DNA of 64,000 nt, taken from assembly GCA_965279375.1 (NCBI GenBank), contig OZ257156.1, positions 1,440,001 through 1,504,000 of the forward strand, given 5' to 3'. Under the pieces are notes generated by a model that worked only from the letters and a program-made list of their open reading frames with translations, was not told the DNA's origin and made no database searches. This DNA is from Gemmatimonas sp. (GTDB taxonomy: Bacteria > Gemmatimonadota > Gemmatimonadetes > Gemmatimonadales > Gemmatimonadaceae). Positions 20,026 to 29,441 of this stretch are shown piece by piece (within the stretch, counting starts at the first letter, position 1; each line of letters starts with the position of its first letter). Position numbers and translations under genes: made by a program.

Positions 20026-20913
20026 TTGGACACCACGCTCCTACGCGCCTTTCTCGCCACGGCCGATGCCGGCAGCATGAGCCGCGCGGCGCAGCAGCTC
20101 GGCCTCTCCCAGCCGTCGCTGACCGCGCAGATCCAGCGGCTCGAACAGCAACTCGGCGCACCGCTTTTCGAGCGGCACGGGCGCGGGGTCACGCTGACCG
20201 AGGCGGGCAAGCTCCTGTCGCCACGGGCGCGTCGCATCCTGGATGAGGTGCGGGATACGCAGGAGGCGATCCGCCGCGAGGGCGTCGAGCACGCGGAGCG
20301 GTTGAGTGTGGGGGCGATTCCGACTGTCGCGCCGTACATCCTGCCCGCCGCACTGCAGCGCTTGCGCGCGCATCACACGGCGGTCCCGGTGGAGTTGCGC
20401 GAAGACTACAGCGCGGTGTTGGCCCGGATGCTGCACGATGGTGCACTCGATGTCGTGATCGCGGCGCTCCCCTACCACTTCGACCATCTGGAGACGGAAG
20501 TGCTCGGCGCAGATGCGCTGGTGGTGGCGGTGCCGGTGACGCACCCGGCCGCGCGCGCGGGGCGCATCACGCTCGCACAGCTGCGCGATGCGCCGGCGAT
20601 CACGCTCGATCCGGTGCATTGCCTTGGCGAACAGGTGGCGGAGTTCTGTTCGAGCCGTGCGGTGTCGCCGGCGGTCGTGTGCCGGAGTGCGCAGTTGGCG
20701 ACCGTGCTGGAGTTGGTAGGTGCCGGTGTCGGTGTGTCGATCGTGCCGGCGATGGCGGCGGTGCGGCACAACACGCCGCAGTGTGCGTACGTGCCGTTGG
20801 CCGAGCAGCCGTTGCAGCGTGAGATCGTGGCGGTGTGGCGTCGCGGGGCGGCGCGGTCGCGATCGGCGCGTGCCTTTGTAGACTGCGTGCGCGAAGTCGT
20901 GCGTCTGAGCTAA
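20026..20913 (+). CDS. oxyR: LysR-family hydrogen-peroxide sensor
   Basis: LysR HTH (SQPSLTAQI..LE), GAIPTVAPY.LP, HCLGEQVAEFC (C-x8-C redox pair); divergent from katG; TTG start. Confidence 0.85.
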   Translation: MDTTLLRAFLATADAGSMSRAAQQLGLSQPSLTAQIQRLEQQLGAPLFERHGRGVTLTEAGKLLSPRARRILDEVRDTQEAIRREGVEHAERLSVGAIPTVAPYILPAALQRLRAHHTAVPVELREDYSAVLARMLHDGALDVVIAALPYHFDHLETEVLGADALVVAVPVTHPAARAGRITLAQLRDAPAITLDPVHCLGEQVAEFCSSRAVSPAVVCRSAQLATVLELVGAGVGVSIVPAMAAVRHNTPQCAYVPLAEQPLQREIVAVWRRGAARSRSARAFVDCVREVVRLS

Positions 20914-20940
20914 CCTTTCGTCTCTGTCCGGGAATTCTCC

Positions 20941-21609
20941 GTGAACGTGTCTGCGATCCTGTTCGATCTTGATGGCGTGCTGGTGGACTCGATTGCCGGG
21001 GTCGAGTTGGTGTGGCGTGACTGGGCGACGGCGCATGGATTCGACGCCGACGCGGTCGTCGCGGTGGTGCATGGTCGTCGCGCTGCGGACACCGTTGCGG
21101 CGGTGGCGCCGCATCTGGACGTGGCGACGGAGTTGGCCGCGCTCACCGCGCGTGAAGCATCGGACACGCGTGGCATTCAGCCGATCGACGGCGCAGCGGC
21201 ATTTGTGAGTGCGTTGCCGCCGCAGGCGTGGGCGGTGGTCACGTCGGGCATGCGGGCCGCGGCGACGTTTCGGTTGGGTGTGGGCGGCGTGCCTGTGCCC
21301 AAGGTGCTGGTGTCGGCGGAAGATGTTGAACGTGGCAAGCCCGATCCGTCGTGCTATCTGCTGGGGGCTCAGCGACTCGGCGTTGCTCCGTCGGAGTGCC
21401 TGGTGATTGAAGACGCGCCGGCCGGACTCGCTGCAGCCAAGGCGGCCGGCATGCGCAGCATCGGCGTCACGACCACCTACGACGTGGCTGCGCTGCAGGA
21501 CGCGACCGTAGTGGTGCGGTCGGTGGCGGATCTGGTGGTGCGGGTGGACCCGGTCACGTCGAAGCTGGAGGTCTCGGTGCGCGAGGGCGTGACGCCACTG
21601 CGCGGCTGA
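20941..21609 (+). CDS. HAD-family sugar phosphatase (YfbT-like)
   Basis: FDLDGVLVDS, HGR, VTS, GKPDP..Y, EDAPAG. Confidence 0.85.
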   Translation: MNVSAILFDLDGVLVDSIAGVELVWRDWATAHGFDADAVVAVVHGRRAADTVAAVAPHLDVATELAALTAREASDTRGIQPIDGAAAFVSALPPQAWAVVTSGMRAAATFRLGVGGVPVPKVLVSAEDVERGKPDPSCYLLGAQRLGVAPSECLVIEDAPAGLAAAKAAGMRSIGVTTTYDVAALQDATVVVRSVADLVVRVDPVTSKLEVSVREGVTPLRG

Positions 21610-21736
21610 GGCCGGTTAAGAAATGGTTCATGACGGAACGCGGCCTCTGGCGCGCGCCTGAACCATTGGCCAGAATCCGGCGCCTTGATCCATCGGATCA
21701 CTTTTCATTGCAGCACTTCGACCGGGAGCACTTGTT

Positions 21737-22426
21737 TTGCAACGATTTCTGATTGCCGCACTGGGCTTGGCCTTGAGTGCGCAGACGGCCCAGGCGCAGT
21801 TGTTCACCGACAACTTCAACAGCGAGAACGGCGGCAATTCCTCGCTCAACTACAATCGTTTCGCGAACTGGACGGTGCAGGGGCAGGTCGATCTGGTGCG
21901 CTCCGGCGATTTCGGCATCACCTGCTTTGGCACCTGCGTCGATCTCGATGGCAGCTCCGGTCCTGGCGCGCTCGTGAGCAAGCGCTCCTATGCGTTCAAT
22001 TCGGGCGACATGTTGACGTTCTCGTTTGACGTGAGCGGAAACCAGCGCGGTGGTAGTTCGGACGAGCTGTTTCTCGCGCTGGAGTTTGGACAGGGGGCAA
22101 GCCTCGCGAGCTATACGGGAACCGGTGGCTTCTCCTCCTACTCCAATTCGGTCCCAGGGGGCTTCACGCTGGGGAGTATCGCATTCGGTCAGACGATCGC
22201 GCCGAGTGATCCGTTCTCCACGTGGTCGATGTCCTTCGTCGCGGCGGGCGCGGGCTCGTTGTACTACGTCTTGAGCACCAACAGCAGGGACAATGTCGGA
22301 CCCATCGTCGACAACATCGTCATCGACCAGACGTCCACCACGGTCCCCGAGCCCTCCACCTGGGCGCTGATGGCGGCAGGACTCGGCGCCATGGCCCTCG
22401 TCGCTCGCCGTCGCACGCGCGCGTAA
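21737..22426 (+). CDS. PEP-CTERM sorting-domain protein
   Basis: Signal peptide; C-terminal VPEPSTWALMAAGLGAMALVARRR; VDLDGS and GPIVDNI (DUF642-like lectin fold). Confidence 0.9.
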   Translation: MQRFLIAALGLALSAQTAQAQLFTDNFNSENGGNSSLNYNRFANWTVQGQVDLVRSGDFGITCFGTCVDLDGSSGPGALVSKRSYAFNSGDMLTFSFDVSGNQRGGSSDELFLALEFGQGASLASYTGTGGFSSYSNSVPGGFTLGSIAFGQTIAPSDPFSTWSMSFVAAGAGSLYYVLSTNSRDNVGPIVDNIVIDQTSTTVPEPSTWALMAAGLGAMALVARRRTRA

Positions 22427-22521
22427 GGGTACAGCACGCACACCGTCGTGCGCGTCAGCAGGGCGCACGATCAACGCAGGGGTGAAGGCCACATGGCTTT
22501 CGCCCCTGTATGTTTTCCGGC

Positions 22522-23337
22522 ATGAACAGTTCCGTCCCCTCTCAGGCCAAACGCCCACTCGCCTGCATCACCGGTGCCAGTGCCGGCATCGGCAAGGTGT
22601 TCGCGCAACGCCTGGCGCAGCGTGGTCACGATCTGTTGCTCGTCGCACGCGACGGCGCACGATTGCAGGCACTGTCGGAGGAACTCGCACGCGCGCATGG
22701 CGTGGCGGTGCACGTGCTGGTGGCTGATCTCTCGACTGATGCGGGAATCGCCGCACTGGCTGAGCGGCTGCGCGAGGAGCCCGCGCTCGCGATGCTCGTC
22801 AACAACGCCGGCTTCGGCACCATGGGCACGATCGTCACCGCCGATCCCAAGGGGCAGGCCGACATGCTGCGCCTGCATGTGCTGGCCACGCACGAACTCA
22901 CTGCGGCGGCGCTCCCTGGCATGGTCGCGCGCAACGCGGGCACCATCATCACTGTGGCATCGGTCGCGAGCTGGGCGCCCACGCCTGGCAATGTGAATTA
23001 CAACGCGACCAAGGCGTATCAGCGCATGTACTGCGAAGCGCTGGCCACCGAACTGCGCGGATCGAACGTGCACGTGCAGGCGCTGTGCCCGGGCTTTACG
23101 TACACCGAGTTCCACGATCGGCTCGGGAGTGGTCGCGGTGGCATTCCCACCTGGGCGTGGCTGCCTGCGGAGCGGGTGGTCGACGAATCGCTGACTCAGG
23201 CCTTCGCGCGCGGCGACGTGGTGTGCATTCCCGGCAAGCGTTTCAAGCTGATCGTATTCTTGCTCAAGTACGGATCGTGGGTGTTGTCGCCGCTCCGCAA
23301 GAGCTATCGCCGAGACAAGAAGCCGGGTGAGCAATGA
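22522..23337 (+). CDS. Short-chain dehydrogenase/reductase
   Basis: TGASAGIG, LVNNAG, YNATK, LCPGFT.TEFH. Confidence 0.9.
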   Translation: MNSSVPSQAKRPLACITGASAGIGKVFAQRLAQRGHDLLLVARDGARLQALSEELARAHGVAVHVLVADLSTDAGIAALAERLREEPALAMLVNNAGFGTMGTIVTADPKGQADMLRLHVLATHELTAAALPGMVARNAGTIITVASVASWAPTPGNVNYNATKAYQRMYCEALATELRGSNVHVQALCPGFTYTEFHDRLGSGRGGIPTWAWLPAERVVDESLTQAFARGDVVCIPGKRFKLIVFLLKYGSWVLSPLRKSYRRDKKPGEQ

Positions 23338-23368
23338 TGCGTGGAACTTTCCTCCCTCCTAACCAACG

Positions 23369-25210
23369 ATGACGAAGCCCTTTTCGCGGCGCGACTGGAT
23401 CAAGACCGTCGGCGCTGCTGGCGCCCTTGCCCCATTCGACTTGTTGTCGGCGGAGACGCCCGCGCCAGCGGCCGAAAGTGCGAGTGAGCTGATCGCGCCG
23501 CCCGCACCACCGCCGATTGCGATTCGCGATGTGTACGCACCGGGTGATGTGGTGGAGCTGTATTCCACGAGCGACGTGTTCATTCCGCCGCGCGGCAACT
23601 CGTTCATGAAGTTCAGCTACGACAATCCCGAACCCGGCGTGGTGTTTGGCGATCATCGTTTCAGCGTGTTGGTCTTCACCGACGAGAACTGCTACAGCCT
23701 CGATCAGTCGCTCATGCGTGCAACGGGCGGCGCGGATGCGCTCGAGCTCACGTGCACCGGACTCACCTGGGCCGGCGGACAGGAGAAGGCGCCGGGCAAG
23801 GTGACGGTGCGCTTTGCGCGTAACGCCGGCGTGGTCACGTGGGACATCACCGCCGAAGCGTCGCATCCCATCAAGACCGTCACCACGGTCATTCGCGATA
23901 TCCCGCGCGGCAAAGTGTCGTTTGGTGGAAATCCGGTGCAGGACACGCGCGAGGGCGATGTGCTGGGTGGCTACACCTTTGGCGCAGGCGATCTGCACGG
24001 CGCAGGGACGCCGCAGAGCATGGGCACCCCCGTCACCATTCTGCAGGCGGGCGAGACGGACTTTCTGTATCTCACCACGCAAGACACCAAGGTGCGCCCG
24101 AAGCGCTACTACTATCAGGCCGGTGAGCGCGCGTTCCGCGTGGAAGCGATCTACGAGCACGACGCGTGGCGCAACGACACGCGCGTGGTGGTGCCGCGTT
24201 GGCAGCTGGGACGTGCAAGCACCTTCGAAGACGCGATGGTGCCGCACATGACGCACATCGAGAAGGCGTTCAATCTCCCCGACTGGGAAACGCGGCGCGA
24301 CGTGCCCGCGTGGATGCGTGACATTGCGATGGTCACCACGCTGCATGGCATGCACTACACCGGCTTCATGTTCAACGACTACGCGCAGCAGCTCGCGATT
24401 CTGCGCTGGATGGCCACGCAGATTCCGCCGGAGCGCGTGCTGGTCTTTCTCGCGTCGTGGGACGGCCGCTACTACTGGGACTATCCCAACTACGATGTCC
24501 CGAAGCGCATGGGCGGTGAAGCCGGCTTCCGCACGCTCATCACCGAAGCGCGCAAACTTGGCTTCAAGATGATGCCGATGTACGGCACCAACTCCGCCAA
24601 TCGCAAGCAGCCGATCTTCAACAAAGTCGCCTCAGGTGTCACCGCCAAGATCGACGGCGATGTCTACAACCTCAATTGGGTGGACTGGAACAACGATCGT
24701 CACCAGGACGGCTGGCTGGCCTACATGAACCTCGGCGACGACAAGTGGCGCCAGCACATGGAAGGACGCATCGCCGAGATGATCGAGCGCTTCCAGGTGG
24801 ACGCGTACTTTCTCGACATCGTGGGCGGGCACGTCAACAGCACGAACGGCGACATGCACAAAGGGACGCGCAAGCTGGTGAACAACCTGCGCGCCAAGTA
24901 TCCGAACGTCATCGGCGTGGGCGAGATGCCCTACGACGCGCTCTACGAGTTCATCCCGATGTACCACGCAGGCGGTGGCGGTCGGTGGCGCAAGTACTCG
25001 CGCTTCTTCCAGCATCTCAGTGCGCCTGCGCCGGGACGCGGATCGAGCGGTGTGCACGAAGCAGGCTTTGGTCGCTTCCGCACGGAAACGCTCGGCCTGA
25101 GCCCCACTGCCATTCCCACGTTGCAGGTGGTGGACGACACCTTCACCAAGCATCGCGACACGATGGCCGCCATCATCGCCGAAGCGAAGAAGCGCGCGGG
25201 GATCGCATGA
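23369..25210 (+). CDS. Tat-exported unclassified glycoside-hydrolase-like protein (beta-sandwich + TIM barrel)
   Basis: SRRDWIK Tat motif; WDGRYYWDYPNY, GG..GF..LI..A..LG, YMNL....W, DAYFLDIVGG, GEMPYD resemble clan GH-D barrels; translationally coupled to araD. Confidence 0.6.
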   Translation: MTKPFSRRDWIKTVGAAGALAPFDLLSAETPAPAAESASELIAPPAPPPIAIRDVYAPGDVVELYSTSDVFIPPRGNSFMKFSYDNPEPGVVFGDHRFSVLVFTDENCYSLDQSLMRATGGADALELTCTGLTWAGGQEKAPGKVTVRFARNAGVVTWDITAEASHPIKTVTTVIRDIPRGKVSFGGNPVQDTREGDVLGGYTFGAGDLHGAGTPQSMGTPVTILQAGETDFLYLTTQDTKVRPKRYYYQAGERAFRVEAIYEHDAWRNDTRVVVPRWQLGRASTFEDAMVPHMTHIEKAFNLPDWETRRDVPAWMRDIAMVTTLHGMHYTGFMFNDYAQQLAILRWMATQIPPERVLVFLASWDGRYYWDYPNYDVPKRMGGEAGFRTLITEARKLGFKMMPMYGTNSANRKQPIFNKVASGVTAKIDGDVYNLNWVDWNNDRHQDGWLAYMNLGDDKWRQHMEGRIAEMIERFQVDAYFLDIVGGHVNSTNGDMHKGTRKLVNNLRAKYPNVIGVGEMPYDALYEFIPMYHAGGGGRWRKYSRFFQHLSAPAPGRGSSGVHEAGFGRFRTETLGLSPTAIPTLQVVDDTFTKHRDTMAAIIAEAKKRAGIA

Positions 25211-25962
25211 GCGCCAAGGAGAGCAAGTCGTCGAAGAAGAGCGCGAAGCCGTCGCGTGCCAAGCGCTCCGCGTCGCGCGCGCTACGCGACGAAGTGTGCG
25301 AGGCCAACATCGAACTGTTTCGGCGAGGGCTCGCACGCTTCACCTTTGGCAACGCAAGCGGTGTCGATCGTGACCAGGGATTGATTGTGATCAAGCCAAG
25401 TGGCGTGCCGTACAATCGGCTGACACCGGCCAAGCTGGTGGTGACGGATATGGATGGCGTTGTGGTGCAGGGCGATCTGCGGCCGTCATCCGATCTACCA
25501 ACACATGCGGTGCTGCTGAGAGCCTATCCGACGATTGGTGGCGTGGTGCACACGCACTCGATGTACGCGACGGTGTTCGCGCAGGCGCAGCGCGAGATTC
25601 CGTGTCTGGGGACGACACACGCGGACTACTTCTACGGTGCCGTGCCGGTCACCACGCCGCTCTCGGAGAAGGAGATTGCCGTCGACTACGAGCGCAACAC
25701 CGGCGAGGCGATCGTGCGCCGCTTCGCTGAGTTGGATGTGATGTCGATGCCGGCGGTGCTCGTGGCAAGTCACGCCAGCTTCTGCTGGGGGACGAGTGTC
25801 GCTGCGGCGGTGGAGAACGCATCGTATCTCGAAGAGATCGCGACGATGGCGTATCACACGCTTTGTCTGAAGGCCAAGACGGCACCGATCCCTCAGGCTC
25901 TTCTGGACAAACACTTCCTGCGCAAGCACGGCAGCAACGCGTACTACGGCCAGAAGCGCTGA
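25207..25962 (+). CDS. araD: L-ribulose-5-phosphate 4-epimerase
   Basis: FTFGNASG.DR, IKPSGVPY, PSSD.PTH, GGVVHTHS, GTTHADYFYG, LLDKHFLRKHG..AYYGQ. Confidence 0.93.
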   Translation: MSAKESKSSKKSAKPSRAKRSASRALRDEVCEANIELFRRGLARFTFGNASGVDRDQGLIVIKPSGVPYNRLTPAKLVVTDMDGVVVQGDLRPSSDLPTHAVLLRAYPTIGGVVHTHSMYATVFAQAQREIPCLGTTHADYFYGAVPVTTPLSEKEIAVDYERNTGEAIVRRFAELDVMSMPAVLVASHASFCWGTSVAAAVENASYLEEIATMAYHTLCLKAKTAPIPQALLDKHFLRKHGSNAYYGQKR

Positions 25963-25990
25963 ACTCGGCAAGACAATCATCCAACCTGCC

Positions 25991-26203
25991 GCTGTTGCTG
26001 TATCCGTGCGCCGTTTCCGTTTCTATCCGTTCCTATCCGTGGCCGAGCAGTTCGTCAGCTCCTATCCGCTGTTCCAATCCTGTTAGCGACGCGTCATGGC
26101 CACGCACGAACGTGGGATTTCCGGGTCGGATCACAGGGATGAACTGCTCGGCCACGGATAAGAGCTGAAACGCGCGGAAACAGCGCGCGGATACTGCAAC
26201 TGC
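25991..26203. repeat. ~210-bp imperfect inverted-repeat element (REPIN/MITE-like) between convergent araD and araB
   Basis: Perfect 20-bp IR TATCCGTGGCCGAGCAGTTC (26034-26053) / GAACTGCTCGGCCACGGATA (26141-26160); outer IR 25994-26019 / 26175-26200 matching 23 of 26 bp. Confidence 0.8.
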
Positions 26204-26208
26204 AGATG

Positions 26209-27792
26209 CTATTGCTGTTGTCGTACGGTCGCGGCCACTTCGCGGAGTGTGGGGAGTAGCTGTCCGATCGCGACCGGCGCCGCATTCGGCTGCCCCATTC
26301 CGAAGTACGCATTGCGATACAGTGCGTACAGTCGCTCGTAGGTGGCTACACCGGCGGGCTGCGGCAGAACCTCGCGATACGACGGACAGAGCGCGGCCTG
26401 CGCCGCCTCGATGCTCTCGAACTCACCGCACGCCAAAAACGCGAAGATCGCGCTTCCCAAGCTCGTGATCGGCGTTTCCGGCACTAGCACCGGCATGTCG
26501 AGCACGTTGGCGTAGACCTGATTGAGCACGTCGTTCTTCTGCGGAATGCCGCCGCCGTGAATCACACGACGAATCGGCACGCCGTGCTCGCGCATGCGGT
26601 CAAAGATCACGCGCGTGTGAAACGCCGTCCCTTCGATCGCGGCAAAGAGTTCGTCTTCAGCGGTGCTCGAGAGATTCCAGCCGAACGTGACGCCGCCGAG
26701 GTTCGGGTTGACGAGCACCGTGCGATCGCCGTTGTCCCATGTCAGGCGCAGCAGCCCCGTCTGACCGGCGCGATAGTCTGCGATACCCTCGGAAAGGTCC
26801 CGCACGCTGCGTCCGCTGCGCGCAGCGATCGCTTCAAAGATGTCGCCAACGGCGGAGAGTCCTGCTTCGATGCCCACGTAGCCCGGCTGCACCGAGCCCG
26901 GCACCACGCCGCACACGCCGGGAACGAGGCCAACGTCACGCGCCACACCGATGATGCACGTGCTCGTGCCGATGACGTTCACCATGTCGCCTTCGGCGAC
27001 GCCTGCGCCAACCGCATCCCAGTGTGCGTCGAACGCGCCGACAGGAATCGGAATACCCGCCGTCAGTCCAAGTTGCGCTGCCCACGCCTCGCACAACGTG
27101 CCCGCGATCGCGTCAGAAGTGTGATACGGTCCGTCGAGTTTCTCGCGCACACCCGCCAGCAGCGGATCCACCGCCACGAAGAACTCTTCCGGAGGAAATC
27201 CGCCAAGCGACGCGTTCCAGAGCCACTTGTGCCCCATCGCGCAGATGCTGCGCGGCACACGACGCGCATCGCTGATGCCGCACAGTACGGCCGCCACCAT
27301 GTCGCAGTGCTCGAGCGCAGTGACGAACTGCGAGCGCTTGTCCGGATTGTGGCGCAGCCAGTGCAACAGTTTGGAAAAGCCCCACTCCGACGAATACACA
27401 CCGCCGCACCAGTCGATGGCGGGAACCTTCATCTCGTGCGCCACCGCCGTGATGCGCGCCGCTTCGTGCTTGGAGCGATGATCGCACCACAGGTAGTAGT
27501 CATCGAGCGGCACGAGCCCCTCGCCAACCACGACCACGCTGGAGCCCGTCGTGTCGAGGGCGAGCGCGCGCACATCGCTGCCGGATACATTCGCGTCCTG
27601 CAACGCGAGCCGCATCGCCTCGGTGAGACCACGCATGTGATCGGCGTGTGACTGCGTACCAAAGTCCGGATCGTCACGACGACGGTGCAGCGGATACTCG
27701 CCCACCCCATGCCCGATCACCCCACGTGCGCTGTCCACGATCGACACGCGCACGCTCAGTGTCCCAAAGTCCACGCCCGCAACAATGCTCAC
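26209..27792 (-). CDS. araB: Ribulokinase (FGGY family)
   Basis: GVDFGTLSVR, DTTGSS, LWCDH....EA, GG.YSSEW...K, EHCD, CAMGHK, FDAH, GTSTC, W.NGDR; GTG start inferred. Confidence 0.88.
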   Translation of the reverse strand: MSIVAGVDFGTLSVRVSIVDSARGVIGHGVGEYPLHRRRDDPDFGTQSHADHMRGLTEAMRLALQDANVSGSDVRALALDTTGSSVVVVGEGLVPLDDYYLWCDHRSKHEAARITAVAHEMKVPAIDWCGGVYSSEWGFSKLLHWLRHNPDKRSQFVTALEHCDMVAAVLCGISDARRVPRSICAMGHKWLWNASLGGFPPEEFFVAVDPLLAGVREKLDGPYHTSDAIAGTLCEAWAAQLGLTAGIPIPVGAFDAHWDAVGAGVAEGDMVNVIGTSTCIIGVARDVGLVPGVCGVVPGSVQPGYVGIEAGLSAVGDIFEAIAARSGRSVRDLSEGIADYRAGQTGLLRLTWDNGDRTVLVNPNLGGVTFGWNLSSTAEDELFAAIEGTAFHTRVIFDRMREHGVPIRRVIHGGGIPQKNDVLNQVYANVLDMPVLVPETPITSLGSAIFAFLACGEFESIEAAQAALCPSYREVLPQPAGVATYERLYALYRNAYFGMGQPNAAPVAIGQLLPTLREVAATVRQQQ

Positions 27793-27794
27793 GG

Positions 27795-29288
27795 TCAGCG
27801 ATGCCTCATCACGTCCCAACCCAGATAACGCACCGTCGCTTCGTGCACCGCGTCGGCCACGTGCGAGAAGGATCCCGCTACATGATGCTCGAATCCATTG
27901 CGGCAGATGTGCTGCAACAGCGGCTGCAGACGATCGATCTGCACCACACCCGCGCCACCAAACGTCGTGAGCGGATCCTTGGTGAAGTGCCCCTCGCCCA
28001 CGTAGCCGCGAATGGTGCCAGTGGCATCGTCACTCGAGAAGCGCGCAAAACTCATCGGGCCGGCCTTCACCTTGCCCACGATCGTACCGAAGGTGTTGTC
28101 GCGCCCCACCGTGCCGGCGATGATCTCCTGATAGTCCATGCGCGGCGCTTCAAAAAAGTCGAGCGGCAGGTTGCTGCAGTGGAAGCACACGGCCTTGTCG
28201 GGATCGTCGCCGTAGTTGTTGTTCCAGTCCAGCAGCGCGGCAGGCGACTGCGACGCTAGCGTGAGTGCATACATGCTGATCGTGCCCATCACATCCACTT
28301 CGCACGCACTCGGCAAGTTGATGTTGCTGAGCATGCTCATGACGGTGCACGGCACGACGCCAAAGTACTCTTCCATCGACGTCCAGCACTGCACCGCGCT
28401 GATCGTGACGTCCACTTCCTGCATCCAGCGATCCATCACCAGGCCAAGCTTGGCCATCTTGAGCAGCGCTTCATCGGGCACACCACTCGTGTCCACGTAC
28501 GCCATCATCGCATCGAGCTTGGTCTGCACATGCGAATCGCTGTCACTGAGCTTCGCGATACGGCCCATGATCTCGGACAAGTCGATCGGCTCAACCGAGA
28601 TTCCCGATCGCTCGAGCAGTTTCTCGCTGTAGCGCACCGTCTTGAACGCGGCCGGCCGTGCACCGATCGCGCCGATGCGCGCGCCGCGCAGCCCCTTGGC
28701 CACCCGACACACCGCGGCGAACTGTCGCAGGTCGGCGCGGAACCCCGGTGACTCCGGTCGCTGCGTGTGCACCGAGGTGAGCGAGTAGGCAATGCCGTAC
28801 TGCGAGAGCACGTTGCAGGCCGACATCTTGCCGCAGAAGGCATCGCGGCGGTTGTCGATCAGCATCGTCGCCGGATCATCTGACGTGGCCTGCACCAGGA
28901 CCGGCACATTGAGCCCTGCGAGTCGGATGGTATCCGCGATGGCGCGCTCGTCGCCGAAGTTGGGGAGCGTCACCAGAATGCCGTCGATTCGGTCGCGGTG
29001 CTCACGGAAGAGCGCGGCACACGCCTTGGCCTCGTCGCGGCTTTCGATGGCGCCGTGATTGGTGGCCGCGGCATCGATGATGACCGCGTCGATCCCCTCC
29101 TCCTCGAGGGCGCGCAGGATGTCCACGCGTCCCTTGGCAGCCAGGTGCCCGGGGAAAAAGCCACGGTTGCTGACGATGACGCCGAGTGTAACGCGGCGGA
29201 TGGGCACCGGGCGCTGAGGCGTCACGCGAGCGGCGCGAGCGGCGTCGGCCTTGCCGCCGACGTTGGATTCGAGTTTGTGCAGCGACAT
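27795..29288 (-). CDS. L-fucose/L-arabinose isomerase (FucI-like) family sugar isomerase
   Basis: NRGFFP, LPNFGDE, RRDAFCGK.S, QCW, CEVD, LDWNNNY, FHC.N.P, TFGG.G, GFEHH; start codon uncertain. Confidence 0.8.
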   Translation of the reverse strand: MSLHKLESNVGGKADAARAARVTPQRPVPIRRVTLGVIVSNRGFFPGHLAAKGRVDILRALEEEGIDAVIIDAAATNHGAIESRDEAKACAALFREHRDRIDGILVTLPNFGDERAIADTIRLAGLNVPVLVQATSDDPATMLIDNRRDAFCGKMSACNVLSQYGIAYSLTSVHTQRPESPGFRADLRQFAAVCRVAKGLRGARIGAIGARPAAFKTVRYSEKLLERSGISVEPIDLSEIMGRIAKLSDSDSHVQTKLDAMMAYVDTSGVPDEALLKMAKLGLVMDRWMQEVDVTISAVQCWTSMEEYFGVVPCTVMSMLSNINLPSACEVDVMGTISMYALTLASQSPAALLDWNNNYGDDPDKAVCFHCSNLPLDFFEAPRMDYQEIIAGTVGRDNTFGTIVGKVKAGPMSFARFSSDDATGTIRGYVGEGHFTKDPLTTFGGAGVVQIDRLQPLLQHICRNGFEHHVAGSFSHVADAVHEATVRYLGWDVMRHR

Positions 29289-29370
29289 GGCGACGAACGG
29301 TGTGGGGGAGTGGGCGGCCAGTGCGGCCACGCCAGAGCCTACTGGGGGTATGTCGGTCGCGCCAGACACG

Positions 29371-29406
29371 TTGACGCTCCAAGTGCGCCCAATAGTTTAG
29401 GCGCAC
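29371..29406 (+). promoter_or_regulatory. Sigma70-like promoter overlapped by a palindromic candidate operator
   Basis: TTGACG-N16-TAGTTT; GTGCGCC-N10-GGCGCAC palindrome (29383-29406) straddling the -10. Confidence 0.55.
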
Positions 29407-29441
29407 CGAATGTCCCTTCTCGCCACTTCCTGCGCTACGTC

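Noticed and set aside
21645..21665. Sigma54 promoter upstream of the PEP-CTERM gene
   Set aside because: TGGCGC is present but there is no correctly spaced TTGC -12 element
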